In this document: positions 1 to 11,185 of the stretch, piece by piece
Layout of the letters: each line of letters starts with the position of its first letter
Numbering within the stretch: the stretch's first letter is position 1
Virus record (IMG/VR): IMGVR_UViG_3300023179_005186
Location: 251,723 to 315,722 of that record
Length of the DNA stretch: 64,000 nt
Strand: one strand, 5' to 3'
Position numbers and translations under genes: made by a program
Notes under the pieces: model-generated
The model's database searches: none
What the model was told of the DNA's origin: nothing
What the model saw: only the letters and a program-made list of their open reading frames with translations

Positions 1-15
1 AATTATATTAAGCAA

Positions 16-321
16 ATGGATAAAACAATATTAAGAAATGTTTATGATAAATTATCTAAAAATAAAATATTACAACCAGAAATAGTTAAATATCTTTTAT
101 CAGAAGATTTTTATTTATTTATCAATAATAAAAAAAACTATTTTGAAATTTTATTTAGAGTTACAGCAAATATTTTTGATTCAAAATTATTAAATGAAAT
201 AGATTACGATTTAAATCATAAATATTTAAATTCTGATTTATTAATATGGAAAGATATAATTGATATAATAAATTATAATAAATTTATTAACAACTGGATA
301 AAAAATTTGTATAAAAATTAA
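16..321 (+). CDS. Hypothetical protein, probably the 3' end of a gene starting before the window
   Basis: ORF at the window edge; its stop overlaps the convergent thioredoxin stop (TTAA 318-321). Confidence 0.5.
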   Translation: MDKTILRNVYDKLSKNKILQPEIVKYLLSEDFYLFINNKKNYFEILFRVTANIFDSKLLNEIDYDLNHKYLNSDLLIWKDIIDIINYNKFINNWIKNLYKN

Positions 322-719
322 GTATTTTCATCTAATACTTTTTTAGATTGTTCATCTCTTTCAATCATTACTAATTCAATAACTTTATTAATATTTTCAA
401 GTATATCTTCTAAACAATGAATACCGTTATATTCTTTAATAATATTTCCATCAAAACAAAATTTAAAATGAGGGATTGAACTTATTTTAAAATCATAATA
501 TTTGGTTGAACTTACAATATCATCATGATCATCAACATCTAATTCAATAAATTGTATAAAATCATTATATTTTTGAGATCCAATTTTTAATTGTTCATAA
601 TTATGTTTAAATTGTTCATTTTGACATGGTCCACACCATGATGCACTAAACTTAATAATAACACACTTTGTATTTTTAATTAATATTGCCATATCTTTAG
701 GATCTAAAATTTTATTCAT
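318..719 (-). CDS. trxA: Thioredoxin
   Basis: KFSASWCGPC active site, ELDVD, ISSIPHF cis-Pro motif. Confidence 0.9.
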   Translation of the reverse strand: MNKILDPKDMAILIKNTKCVIIKFSASWCGPCQNEQFKHNYEQLKIGSQKYNDFIQFIELDVDDHDDIVSSTKYYDFKISSIPHFKFCFDGNIIKEYNGIHCLEDILENINKVIELVMIERDEQSKKVLDENT

Positions 720-761
720 TTTTATTATAATTTTATAATTAATTTTATCTATAAATAATTT

Positions 762-1187
762 TTATTTATTTTTATACAAGAATAAGACTAATAATACAAA
801 TAAAATAATACTAATTAAGGTATTTAATTGTTCTTTACTTTTAGATTTATTAGATTCAAAGTTTTCAATTCCATTTAATTCTCTTGTATTATATGCATCT
901 TTAACACAAGGATTACCTCCAGCAGCTCCAAATCCACACATATATGGTTGTGTAAATATTAAAGGGTTAATTTGATCACAAGTGCCATCAGAAACTCCCA
1001 ATACACCCATATTACTGTTTACACCATATAACATTAAATTTTTAACGGGATCGTAAACAGTATTTTGATCAGAAGCATATTTATCTACTTTAGCACAATT
1101 AAAATGTTTAGATTGTCTACAATCCATTTTTTCATTTAAACGTTGTTCTCTTATTTTTGCATTTTCTTGTAAATAATCTGTATTCAT
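762..1187 (-). CDS. Cys-containing protein with C-terminal TM helix (possible virion membrane protein)
   Basis: Five Cys, an IENF motif, then hydrophobic LISIILFVLLVLFLY and a basic tail. Confidence 0.6.
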   Translation of the reverse strand: MNTDYLQENAKIREQRLNEKMDCRQSKHFNCAKVDKYASDQNTVYDPVKNLMLYGVNSNMGVLGVSDGTCDQINPLIFTQPYMCGFGAAGGNPCVKDAYNTRELNGIENFESNKSKSKEQLNTLISIILFVLLVLFLYKNK

Positions 1188-1245
1188 ATTATATTTAAAT
1201 TATAATATATCTCTATATAAAAAAAACGATTTCTAGAAAAAAATA

Positions 1246-2379
1246 TTATTTATATTTAACAAAAAATATTATATCAATAACTAAATTTTTTGTATTAATA
1301 ATTTCTACAGTTTTAATATGAGCTCTATATAAACTAGAACCAATTTGTTTTTTAAATTTTTGTATTTTTTTAAAATTTTTAAGACAAGAATTTAAAAATT
1401 TATCTTTATTATCTAATTCCTTTTCTATAACTTTATTTTCAGTATTTGATATTTCTAACCAATGACTATTTTCTGTTGTATTTATATATGCTTTAGGATC
1501 ATTATAATTTCTATATAAATAACCTACTGTACATTTAGATTCACTTGATACATTAAATTTACTTAAATTTAATTTTAGTTTATCTATATTTAATTTATAT
1601 ATATTTTGTTCAATATTATAACCTCTTGTTGATTCTAAATAAATTTCTTTTTCTATTTTATTTAATAAAATTTTTACTAAATCTTTTTTTTTATAATTAT
1701 GAATATCTATTTCTTTACTTTTTTCTTTTTTATTATCTAATTTATTTTTTATAACTTTATCATAAAATTTTTCTAATTTATTAAATTGCTTTTCTTTTGA
1801 ATCAATATCTAATCTTTTTTTTTTATCTTTACTAAAAAATTGTTTAAATTCTTCATCAACGGATTCTATTTCTTTAATATTTTCAAATACAAGATTTTGT
1901 GAATTTTCACTATGATTTGATATAGTATCAACTAGACTAACAGATTCTTCATTAACATTTTGTTTAAATTTAGATTTTAATTCAGTATTAATTTCATTAT
2001 TATTATTTTCTATTTTAGTAATATTTTGTAAATACATATTTTTAAGAATTAAAATATCTTTATTTAATCCAGATGAATTTGTATAATTGTCAGAATTTGA
2101 AATATTATTATTAAAATTATTTTTTTCAAAAGTATTTTTATTATCTTCGCTAATATTTATAGATTTATGCTGATTAATTTTATGTTTATCCAATTTATAT
2201 TTTTTTGGATTTTTGGATTTTAAAATTTTTTTTAATTCAACAAAAACTTCTTGCTCAGAACTAATTTCATCAAGTTTACATGAATTTTTATTATCTAATT
2301 CAATATTTTTATAATTATTATCGTCATCTTTTATCTTATTAAAAAAATCATTATATACAGGTTTAATTTCTAAATTCAT
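1246..2379 (-). CDS. Hypothetical Lys/Asn-rich protein
   Basis: 377-aa ORF, no recognised motif. Confidence 0.6.
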   Translation of the reverse strand: MNLEIKPVYNDFFNKIKDDDNNYKNIELDNKNSCKLDEISSEQEVFVELKKILKSKNPKKYKLDKHKINQHKSINISEDNKNTFEKNNFNNNISNSDNYTNSSGLNKDILILKNMYLQNITKIENNNNEINTELKSKFKQNVNEESVSLVDTISNHSENSQNLVFENIKEIESVDEEFKQFFSKDKKKRLDIDSKEKQFNKLEKFYDKVIKNKLDNKKEKSKEIDIHNYKKKDLVKILLNKIEKEIYLESTRGYNIEQNIYKLNIDKLKLNLSKFNVSSESKCTVGYLYRNYNDPKAYINTTENSHWLEISNTENKVIEKELDNKDKFLNSCLKNFKKIQKFKKQIGSSLYRAHIKTVEIINTKNLVIDIIFFVKYK

Positions 2380-2466
2380 TTATTAAATATATATTTATTT
2401 ATATAAAAATTATTTCATAAATAAACTTTTTCACTTAATTAAAAAAATATTAATTTGTACAAATTA

Positions 2467-3399
2467 TTATCCTAATTTAAAAAATACAGAACCAACTCTA
2501 TTTCCTTGAACTATAACATTTCCAGGAACTATAACATTGTGTCTAGGAACTATAACATTGTGTCCAGGAATTAAAAAATGTGGTTCTATATATGGACTAG
2601 GTAAAATAAATTCTTTATTTACTTGAACTGATGTATTTTTCACTTTTTTAATTCTAATTGTAACTGGTATATCAAGTTTTTTAAGTGCAGATATATATTC
2701 TAGATAAGATTCTGAATTATTTACAGGAAATTCATCACCAGTTCTACTATTAATAATAGTGGTAATAACATGACCTACTTTAAGTCCATTTGCTTCAGCT
2801 TCTGAACCAGGTTCTATTCTTAATATTTCAATATCTCGTTTCACAACAATACCAAATACTTTATTTAAGAAGGTTCTATCGTAAGTATCATCTTCGTCAT
2901 TGTTGGTATTAACAATATGATTAATAATATTTTGGTTGTGTGAAATTGTCAAGGTAGTAAATTCACTATTTTTTTTGGCGTTATTCCATTGATCCAAATT
3001 TGTTAAATTAACACCATTAATTTTTTTAACTTCGTCACCAATTTTAAGACCTAATAGTTCGGCTTGAGAATTTTCAACAACTTTTATTACTTTAAATTTA
3101 TTATCTACTTGAGAACCCCATAATTGACTATTATCAAAACATAATTCTTGATAATTATTATTTATAGGACTATTAATACCTAAAATAGGAATACTTGAAT
3201 TTTGATTAAAAATTTGTTTAGCTTTAACTTTGTTATTTCCCTTATCTGTATCACGAATATCATCTTTTACCGAAGATTGTAAAAATCTTACTCTTCTTTC
3301 TTCTGTAACTACGTCATTTAAATCATCAGTAGCATGACGAATTTTACCATTTACAACTTTAAAATCTGATGAAGAACCACGACCACCACCTGCGAACAT
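2467..3399 (-). CDS. Tandem PDZ-domain protein
   Basis: Two PDZ-like segments (VVENSQAELLGLKIGDEVKKING and IEPGSEAEANGLKVGHVITTI); AAAATTGA upstream. Confidence 0.75.
   Translation of the reverse strand: MFAGGGRGSSSDFKVVNGKIRHATDDLNDVVTEERRVRFLQSSVKDDIRDTDKGNNKVKAKQIFNQNSSIPILGINSPINNNYQELCFDNSQLWGSQVDNKFKVIKVVENSQAELLGLKIGDEVKKINGVNLTNLDQWNNAKKNSEFTTLTISHNQNIINHIVNTNNDEDDTYDRTFLNKVFGIVVKRDIEILRIEPGSEAEANGLKVGHVITTIINSRTGDEFPVNNSESYLEYISALKKLDIPVTIRIKKVKNTSVQVNKEFILPSPYIEPHFLIPGHNVIVPRHNVIVPGNVIVQGNRVGSVFFKLG
2508..2570. repeat. Coding tandem repeat of about 18-21 bp, encoding (H)NVIVP repeats
   Basis: Three copies of GAACTATAACATT in the C-terminus of the PDZ gene. Confidence 0.75.
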
Positions 3400-3520
3400 T
3401 TTTTAAAATTACCTCTTAATTTAATTAAACACACAATAAACTTTTTTTTTAGTGGAATATAGTATAAATACTATTAAACCTAATTTCAATATGATAGAAC
3501 TTATCAATATGTTAAAAATT

Positions 3521-3528
3521 TCAATTTT
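3521..3528 (-). promoter_or_regulatory. Mimiviridae-type early promoter AAAATTGA
   Basis: TCAATTTT on the + strand, upstream of the minus-strand PDZ gene. Confidence 0.6.
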
Positions 3529-3575
3529 TTTTAGTTAAATATACAATTAAATTATATGATATATATTTTATAGTA

Positions 3576-5204
3576 ATGATAGAAGATTTTGTTTTATCAA
3601 TACATAATATTATAAAGATATTAGATATTAATATAAAAAATTCACTGTTTATATCAAATGACATAACTATGGAATTATATATAAATTCAAAGATTTCTAG
3701 TAAAACTCTTGAAATTTATCATAAATTAAGGTTTAAGGATATATATTATATAATCAATAATCTTAAAAAAAAATTTGAATTAATAGAATTAGATAGTAAG
3801 AATAAATTATACTTGATTAAAAAAAACAATGTTATTTCATACAAATTAGATTTGGTTAATAATATATATGTAATAAAGTTTATATATGCAGATATTAAAT
3901 ATTCTAATAATCATTTATCCAACATATATTTAAATTTATATGATAATTGTTTTGTTAATATAAATTCAAATGAAGAAATAGAACAAATAAATTTAAAGTA
4001 TTTAGATTATTTTGAGTTAATTACCGAAAGTATAATAGAAAGTGTTATAAATGATTTTGTAAATTTAATAGACTTGATAAAATTATATTTTAAATATGAA
4101 AATAAATATTTCAAGTCTATTATAGAATACTTTATTAATAAAATTAATGAAGATAAAAAATTTAAAAAAAATATTAAAAGTACATATAAAGCAAATGATA
4201 ATTTTGCTATAGTTTTTGAAATAATATATAAAATTCATAATAATTCAAATTTAAAAAAGTGGATAAAATTTATAAACAAGTATAAATTTTTTAATAAATT
4301 AATAAATGAAATTGATGATTTTAATACATATGGAAATGTAATAGATTCAATGGATAAATATATTATATTTTTATTAATAAATAAATTAAAAATGATAAAT
4401 AGTTCATATATAAATTATATAAATAACCTTGATATATTAAATAAAAGAAGTTTAATCGATTCGTCTGATTCATTTGATTTAGATGATAATTTAAATAATG
4501 AAGTTAAATTAGATAATTCAATAGAATTATTAAATACAAATGAAGTATGTTATAATAATATTTTTAATGATTTTTTTGAAATACCTGAAATCAATACATC
4601 TTCTAATAACTTGGATACTTTTAAACCATCAATTTCATCATTTGATAAATTGTTTATAAACAAATTAGTGGAATATAGAAAAATTAAAAATATAGATATA
4701 TTAGATAAATATCCAAAAATAAAAATAGATGATATTATTTATTTAAAAGTATGTATGCATATATTATCAATAATGTTTTTTACAGATAGTAATATAAATT
4801 ATAACATAGAATATCTTAAATTAGGATATATTTATAAAACATATTGTTATATGGATAAAAGAATTATAGTAAGAATATTTAATTTATATAGTAGTATAAA
4901 AAAAAGTTTAGAAATTGAAGATAAATTTTCATTAAATTACTTTTTTAATTTATTTGATAATAAAAAAATAAAAGAATATGAATCAAATAAATTATTAAAT
5001 TTACCAGAAGTAAAAAAAAATTTTGAATTTGAAAAAGATGTGATAGATATCATAGATTATCAGGATACATTTGGTTTATTATATGAATATATAATAGAAA
5101 ATGAATTAAATCTTGATGAATATAGTATAAAAGATTTGGATGATTTATTTGAATCACAAATATCAAATGTAAGATTCAATAAATTAGTAGGAATAAATGA
5201 TTAA
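3576..5204 (+). CDS. Hypothetical protein
   Basis: 542-aa ORF, no recognised motif. Confidence 0.6.
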   Translation: MIEDFVLSIHNIIKILDINIKNSLFISNDITMELYINSKISSKTLEIYHKLRFKDIYYIINNLKKKFELIELDSKNKLYLIKKNNVISYKLDLVNNIYVIKFIYADIKYSNNHLSNIYLNLYDNCFVNINSNEEIEQINLKYLDYFELITESIIESVINDFVNLIDLIKLYFKYENKYFKSIIEYFINKINEDKKFKKNIKSTYKANDNFAIVFEIIYKIHNNSNLKKWIKFINKYKFFNKLINEIDDFNTYGNVIDSMDKYIIFLLINKLKMINSSYINYINNLDILNKRSLIDSSDSFDLDDNLNNEVKLDNSIELLNTNEVCYNNIFNDFFEIPEINTSSNNLDTFKPSISSFDKLFINKLVEYRKIKNIDILDKYPKIKIDDIIYLKVCMHILSIMFFTDSNINYNIEYLKLGYIYKTYCYMDKRIIVRIFNLYSSIKKSLEIEDKFSLNYFFNLFDNKKIKEYESNKLLNLPEVKKNFEFEKDVIDIIDYQDTFGLLYEYIIENELNLDEYSIKDLDDLFESQISNVRFNKLVGIND

Positions 5205-6031
5205 TTACAATTATTATGATCATCTCTTAAAATATTACGTTCATTAATACATGATTCTAAGACTTGATTAGGAGTACCTAATTTTTTCATATATTCATTT
5301 AATGCATTTGTATCTTTAGGAAAACATAATCCACCATAACTAATTTGACCATCAGGTCCTGGAATACTTGTATGCATAGAATTGATCCAATTATTTTCCA
5401 ACATCATATTTTTAATTTTATTAAAATCACAAGAATTTTTTTCACATAATAGATATAGTTCTGTAAAGAATTGTACTTTTACTGCATAAAAACAATTACA
5501 AAAAATTTTCATACATTCAGATTCTAAAGATAAACAATCATTAATTTTAGCTTCAGGAAAATATTGATTATAAAAAAACTTAACTTTTTCTAATTTATCA
5601 TCGGAACATCTTAATCCTTTTCCCAATACAATATGTTTTTGATTATTAAAATCATCAAAAGCAGTTCTTGTTGTTAAAAATTCTGGATTATGTATAAATT
5701 CTAAATTAGAGAATGTATTTTCTAATTGATAGATAGTATTAGGTATAATTGTTGATTTTATAATAATAACACCATTATAATTATTTTTTGATAAAAAATC
5801 ACAACATTCGTTAATTGAATTTAATTCATATGATGATGTAATATTATTAAATGGAGTAGGTAAAGCTAGAAAAACTATTTCACAATTTAGTGAATCATTA
5901 ATATCACCAATACCTCCATTTTTATATTTATCATAACAAAAAAGATCAATATTTTTAGTTAGTCCTTTTGAAATAAAACTATCAAACATAGCACTACCAA
6001 CAAATCCTAGACCTATTATACAAATCTTCAT
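5201..6031 (-). CDS. ugd: UDP-glucose/GDP-mannose dehydrogenase family protein (short form lacking the C-terminal domain)
   Basis: IIGLGFVG Rossmann motif, LPTP, KSTIIP, NPEFL, YGGLCFPKD catalytic Cys. Confidence 0.9.
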   Translation of the reverse strand: MKICIIGLGFVGSAMFDSFISKGLTKNIDLFCYDKYKNGGIGDINDSLNCEIVFLALPTPFNNITSSYELNSINECCDFLSKNNYNGVIIIKSTIIPNTIYQLENTFSNLEFIHNPEFLTTRTAFDDFNNQKHIVLGKGLRCSDDKLEKVKFFYNQYFPEAKINDCLSLESECMKIFCNCFYAVKVQFFTELYLLCEKNSCDFNKIKNMMLENNWINSMHTSIPGPDGQISYGGLCFPKDTNALNEYMKKLGTPNQVLESCINERNILRDDHNNCN

Positions 6032-6121
6032 TTATAAATATAAAAACGTTCTATAATAAATTTAATTAGATTATACGAATATTTTTTTTTATTAAATAAA
6101 TTAAATTAAATAGTTTAATAA

Positions 6122-7132
6122 ATGGAAAATCTTAATATAAAAACTATAGGTTTAAATAAAATAATTGATATTAATAAAAATTTTATTTTTAAAGTAAATA
6201 ATAATTTTAAATCTAATAATGATTCAATAAAAAATAAAATTATATTAAATTCTTATAAACCAGTAATGATTCAATTTAAAATCAATACAAAATTAATAAA
6301 TGAAATAACAGTTGAATATGAAGAAAAAAAATATTTATTAGAAAATATACCAATAGAAGGTATTTTAATTAATACTTATTTAGATTTAGATAATAATTTT
6401 GAAATTTATTTAGATAATATAGACGATTGTTCAAGAATAAATTTATTTGATTTTGAAATATTAAATTATAATAAATTCAAAAAAATTAGTTGGGAAAAAA
6501 TTTTTATTATAAATTTAAAAAGAAGAGTTGATAGAAAAATAGAAATTATAAATAAATTAAATAAATATTGTCTAAATAATTATGAATTTATTGATGCAAT
6601 AGATGGTAAAGAAAAAAATATATTAAATGAATATGATAAATTAAAAAATGATACTAATATTGTAAATAGTGGTCATTATGGCTGTTTATTATCACATATC
6701 AAAGCAATAACTAGAGCAAAAAATGAAAATTTAAAATCAGTATTAATAATAGAAGATGATGTAATTTTTTCAGATGATTTTTATTCAAAAATAAATTCTA
6801 CATTAGTTCCAAAATATGATTTATTATATTTGGGTGGAATAATAGATGAGATAAAATTTTTTACATTAGGATGGGGTAAATCCACAGAAATTATGGGAGC
6901 ATACGCATATATTATAAAAAAAAATATGTATGATATAGTTTTAAACTATTTAAACAAAAAAATTTATTGTGTCGATATAGCGTATATAGAATATTTACAG
7001 AGTAGATACAATATTTTTATATTAGATGATTTAATAAAGACTAATTTAGATAGCTCAGATACTTCTGAAAAAAATAAAATACTTGTTAAAATGCTTAAAA
7101 GAACGTGGATAAAACCAAAATTAATAGATTAA
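6122..7132 (+). CDS. Glycosyltransferase family 25-like protein
   Basis: INLKRRVDR, AIDG, GCLLSH, IIEDD, GAYAYII motifs in the C-terminal half. Confidence 0.85.
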   Translation: MENLNIKTIGLNKIIDINKNFIFKVNNNFKSNNDSIKNKIILNSYKPVMIQFKINTKLINEITVEYEEKKYLLENIPIEGILINTYLDLDNNFEIYLDNIDDCSRINLFDFEILNYNKFKKISWEKIFIINLKRRVDRKIEIINKLNKYCLNNYEFIDAIDGKEKNILNEYDKLKNDTNIVNSGHYGCLLSHIKAITRAKNENLKSVLIIEDDVIFSDDFYSKINSTLVPKYDLLYLGGIIDEIKFFTLGWGKSTEIMGAYAYIIKKNMYDIVLNYLNKKIYCVDIAYIEYLQSRYNIFILDDLIKTNLDSSDTSEKNKILVKMLKRTWIKPKLID

Positions 7133-7175
7133 GTAAAAAATGTTATATAAAGATATAAATTAATATATATTAAAA

Positions 7176-8513
7176 ATGGATGAAAATTTTTATAGAATTG
7201 TTTATGAATTAGATAAATCAGAAGATATAAATAAACATTGGTTATTTATAGGAAAAAAAAAAGGATATTTTAGAAATATTAATGAGTTTAATGAAAAATT
7301 TAATAATTTTAAGTGTAATAAAACTGATAAAAATACTAAATTAAAGATAATAAAAAAATTTATAAATAATTATTCATATAAATTAAAATATCAGCCATAC
7401 TATGATAAAATATTTTTTGATTATATAAAAAGTATGGATTTAGAATCAATTTTAAAAAGTTATAATTTGAATTTAAATAGTAAAATAATATATATTGATT
7501 ATGATAGCGATAATCCAAAATTTAAAAATGCATTAAATGATATAAAGGATATTTTATTATCAATAAATACAATTTCAAGTGATTCATCAAAATCAATTAC
7601 TATGTATTATGAAATAAAACAAATATTAGATAAAGATAATTTATCAGATTGTAAATACTTTATTAATTTAAAAGATAATATTAATCAAAAATATTTAAAA
7701 AAATTTTATGAAAATAATATTCCTGTATTTTCTTTAGGAAAACCAAAATCTAATTTAAATAATTTTATAATATATTTTGATACATCAAATGAATTAGAAG
7801 AAATACTTAAAATTTATGAATTAGGAAAGACTTTTGATATAATAATTCCATGTTATAATACTGAATTATATATAAATAATACAATAAAATCTATTTTTTC
7901 TCAAACATATAAAAATTTTTCATTATATCTAATAAATGATAATTCATCAGATAATACTTTAGAAATACTTAATGAATATAAATTGCATCCAAAAGTTACA
8001 ATAGTATCAAATCCTGAAAATATTGGTAAATATAATTCAATTAATATGATATCAAAATATTTGAAATCAGACTATTTTTTAATAGTAGATTCAGATGATT
8101 TTTTAGTTAAAAATAGACTTGTTTATGATTTAATAGGATTTTATAAAAATAATTCTTGTTTAATAAATCAAACAAAATATTACAGGTATAATGAATTAGA
8201 TAATCGCTTAATATTAGAACCAAATTATGGTGAAAACATTGTAACTTTTAAAAATGAAATATTTGATTTAATTGGTAAATTTTTTCCTACTAGATTTGGT
8301 GGTGACACTGAATATATTGAAAGAATATTAAAATTTTATGGAGAATCATATATAAATCAAATTGATAAAATTAGTTATATTTCAATAATTAGAAAAGATG
8401 AATCAAATTTAACTAAAAGTATATCAATTACTAATAGAATAAAATTTGTTAGAAAATATAAAAAATTACATGAGTTAAATAATATTAATTTTTTTCTTAA
8501 ATTAATTAAATAA
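7176..8513 (+). CDS. Glycosyltransferase family 2 protein
   Basis: IIIPCYN, QTY, INDNSSDNT, VDSDD, GGDTEY. Confidence 0.85.
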   Translation: MDENFYRIVYELDKSEDINKHWLFIGKKKGYFRNINEFNEKFNNFKCNKTDKNTKLKIIKKFINNYSYKLKYQPYYDKIFFDYIKSMDLESILKSYNLNLNSKIIYIDYDSDNPKFKNALNDIKDILLSINTISSDSSKSITMYYEIKQILDKDNLSDCKYFINLKDNINQKYLKKFYENNIPVFSLGKPKSNLNNFIIYFDTSNELEEILKIYELGKTFDIIIPCYNTELYINNTIKSIFSQTYKNFSLYLINDNSSDNTLEILNEYKLHPKVTIVSNPENIGKYNSINMISKYLKSDYFLIVDSDDFLVKNRLVYDLIGFYKNNSCLINQTKYYRYNELDNRLILEPNYGENIVTFKNEIFDLIGKFFPTRFGGDTEYIERILKFYGESYINQIDKISYISIIRKDESNLTKSISITNRIKFVRKYKKLHELNNINFFLKLIK

Positions 8514-8518
8514 TTTGT

Positions 8519-11185
8519 ATGGATAATTGTTTATTTACAAGCTTTTATAAAAATTGTTATAAAGATATTGAAAATTTATCTGATAAAGAAGTTAAAAGAC
8601 ATTGGAATAAAATTGGTATTAAAGAAGGAAGATTACCTAATAAAATAATTTTTGATCAAAAATTTCCTAATTTTGATTATAAATCATGGATAAAAATAAA
8701 TAATAAATATAAATTTTCTAATAAATATGAAATATATGGTTGGGTATTTCTTAATAATAAAGAGATGTATAAAAAATATCTTGTTTCAAATGGATATATT
8801 TTAAAAGAAAATTCATCTGATAATTTTAATAAAATAGAAAGTAATTTAGTTTCTAATGATATGTCTGAAATTAATAAGGATTTAAGTAATTTAATAATTA
8901 CAAATAATATAAAAAAGATTTGGATATCAAATGCACTTAAACATTTTGAAGAAAGGATATTAAAAAAATATAATTTAGAACTTTATGATAAAATTAATGA
9001 TATAAAATCTTCAACATTATTTTTTGGATTATATGATAAATATGATTTTGAAAGAATCGTGAAACATTATGGAAAGAAATTTTTGATGTGGGGAGGAACA
9101 GATTGTGATGATAGATATAAAATAAGAAAAAATTCTATATTTGTTATTAAAAAAGTATCTAATTTAATACATATAGCAATATCTGAATCAATTCACAATA
9201 GATTAAATAAATACTCTATTGAAAATCAACTTGTTAATTTTAATTTGGTTGATAAAAATTTATTTAAACCAGTAGATAATACTGGAGATTGTATATACAT
9301 ATATAATGGCTTTACTAAGGGTAATGAATATATATATGGCGAGAGTATATATAAGCAAGTAGTTGAAAAACTTAAATTTGAAATTATATATAGTAATGAA
9401 TTAAATGTATCTTGGGAAATTATGCCATCAATTTATTCAAAATGTTTTATTGGATTAAGATTAACAGAACAAGATGGAAATGCAAATACAGTTCAAGAAT
9501 TTAATTCAATGAATATTCCAATTATTTTTAATGGGCCTGGTGGTATTAAATGGGAAAATACTGAAGATATAATTAAAAATATTAAAAAAATTTATTATAA
9601 TAAACATAAGAAAAATTTTGATATAACTGAAATAAATAACATTATGAATGAACCATTTAAATATGATTTTAGTTTAACAAATCACTATAATACTAATTTA
9701 GAATTAGTATATAAAAATATTGATTCTTTTATAAATTTAATTAAAAATTTTACAAACATTCTTTTTATATGTTCAGATCAACCAGGATATGGTGGAGCAG
9801 CAACAAATTGTTCAAAAATAGAAAATTTTATATCAAGTTATGGTCATAATTCTTTTAGTATATATTATTCATTTGATGAAAGTTTAAATGAATGTATTAA
9901 TGAAAATAACATGATATTTACAACTAGATCTAAATTATATAATGAATTAAATAATTTATCATATCAGCCAGATTTAATAATATTAAAAAGTTTTGTAGAT
10001 TTTGATTTAAAAGAAATATTTATTTGTCCCGTATTTTATTTAATACCAGGTATATATACAAATGAATTAAATATTAATTATAAAAATTTAAATACCAAAA
10101 ATAAAAATGATGAATATATAAATGCTAGTGTATTAAAACAAATAAATTTAGCAGATTATTCTTTTTCAAATAGTTATCATACTCATAAAATATTAAATGA
10201 TATTTATAATATTAATACATTATTATTTTATTCAACATTTGTTTCTTTTTATAATAAAAAAATAAATATTGATGATGAATTTGAAAATAGAAAATATAAT
10301 TTTGCATTAATAATTTCAAATTTCAATAGAGAAATAAAAAATGCAGTAAAGTCATTAGAATATCTTGAAAATAAATTAAATGTATTATTAATTGGAGAAA
10401 ATATACCTAATAAATATAAAAATTTTAGTAATTTTAAATGTATAGAAAAAGTTAAAAATGAAGAGATTATTAATTATTTATCAAATTGTAAATATATAAT
10501 TCAAGATAGTTTTTATGAATCATGCAGTAATGTTATTATAGAAGCTTTATTTTCAGGATGTATACCAATTAGCTCACATACTGAAAAATATAATGAATTG
10601 ATAAAATATGGTACACCTAATAATTATAATTTATCGATTGATTATATAGAAAAAGTAAAAAATATTTATGATAAAGATAAAATTAATTTTAAAAATACAA
10701 TATTTTACTATATAGATATTATAGAAAATAATGATTTTATTGATGATAAAATGATTAAATATATTGAAAAATTAAATTCAAATATAATAATAATATATTC
10801 TCAAACAAAAATTTATATTGATCCTGAAATATTTAGTTCTAAAATAATATTAATATTAGAAGAATTTTTAAATAATAATACATATAATTATTTAATAAAA
10901 CAAATATTTTGTAATAAAGAATATGCTTTAGTTACTAATTATAAATTACCATATATTTTAAATAAATATATAGGATTAGAAAAATTTGTATATTTAGGTT
11001 TAGAAAATATACTAATAAAGAATTTTGAAAAAGTTATATATCAAAATTATATTTGTAAAGAATTTGATTCAAATATACAAATATTATTTAAAACAGAAGA
11101 ATTTTTTAACATAGATACTATTGATAAATATTTAGAATATATAATTAATAATAAATTATTAGATAAAATAATGTTGGTTAATTAA
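8519..11185 (+). CDS. Multidomain GT-B (GT4-like) glycosyltransferase
   Basis: GYGGAAT N-domain motif; SFYESCSNVIIEALFSGC E-x7-E motif; second GT-B-like unit with DGNANTVQE. Confidence 0.75.
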   Translation: MDNCLFTSFYKNCYKDIENLSDKEVKRHWNKIGIKEGRLPNKIIFDQKFPNFDYKSWIKINNKYKFSNKYEIYGWVFLNNKEMYKKYLVSNGYILKENSSDNFNKIESNLVSNDMSEINKDLSNLIITNNIKKIWISNALKHFEERILKKYNLELYDKINDIKSSTLFFGLYDKYDFERIVKHYGKKFLMWGGTDCDDRYKIRKNSIFVIKKVSNLIHIAISESIHNRLNKYSIENQLVNFNLVDKNLFKPVDNTGDCIYIYNGFTKGNEYIYGESIYKQVVEKLKFEIIYSNELNVSWEIMPSIYSKCFIGLRLTEQDGNANTVQEFNSMNIPIIFNGPGGIKWENTEDIIKNIKKIYYNKHKKNFDITEINNIMNEPFKYDFSLTNHYNTNLELVYKNIDSFINLIKNFTNILFICSDQPGYGGAATNCSKIENFISSYGHNSFSIYYSFDESLNECINENNMIFTTRSKLYNELNNLSYQPDLIILKSFVDFDLKEIFICPVFYLIPGIYTNELNINYKNLNTKNKNDEYINASVLKQINLADYSFSNSYHTHKILNDIYNINTLLFYSTFVSFYNKKINIDDEFENRKYNFALIISNFNREIKNAVKSLEYLENKLNVLLIGENIPNKYKNFSNFKCIEKVKNEEIINYLSNCKYIIQDSFYESCSNVIIEALFSGCIPISSHTEKYNELIKYGTPNNYNLSIDYIEKVKNIYDKDKINFKNTIFYYIDIIENNDFIDDKMIKYIEKLNSNIIIIYSQTKIYIDPEIFSSKIILILEEFLNNNTYNYLIKQIFCNKEYALVTNYKLPYILNKYIGLEKFVYLGLENILIKNFEKVIYQNYICKEFDSNIQILFKTEEFFNIDTIDKYLEYIINNKLLDKIMLVN

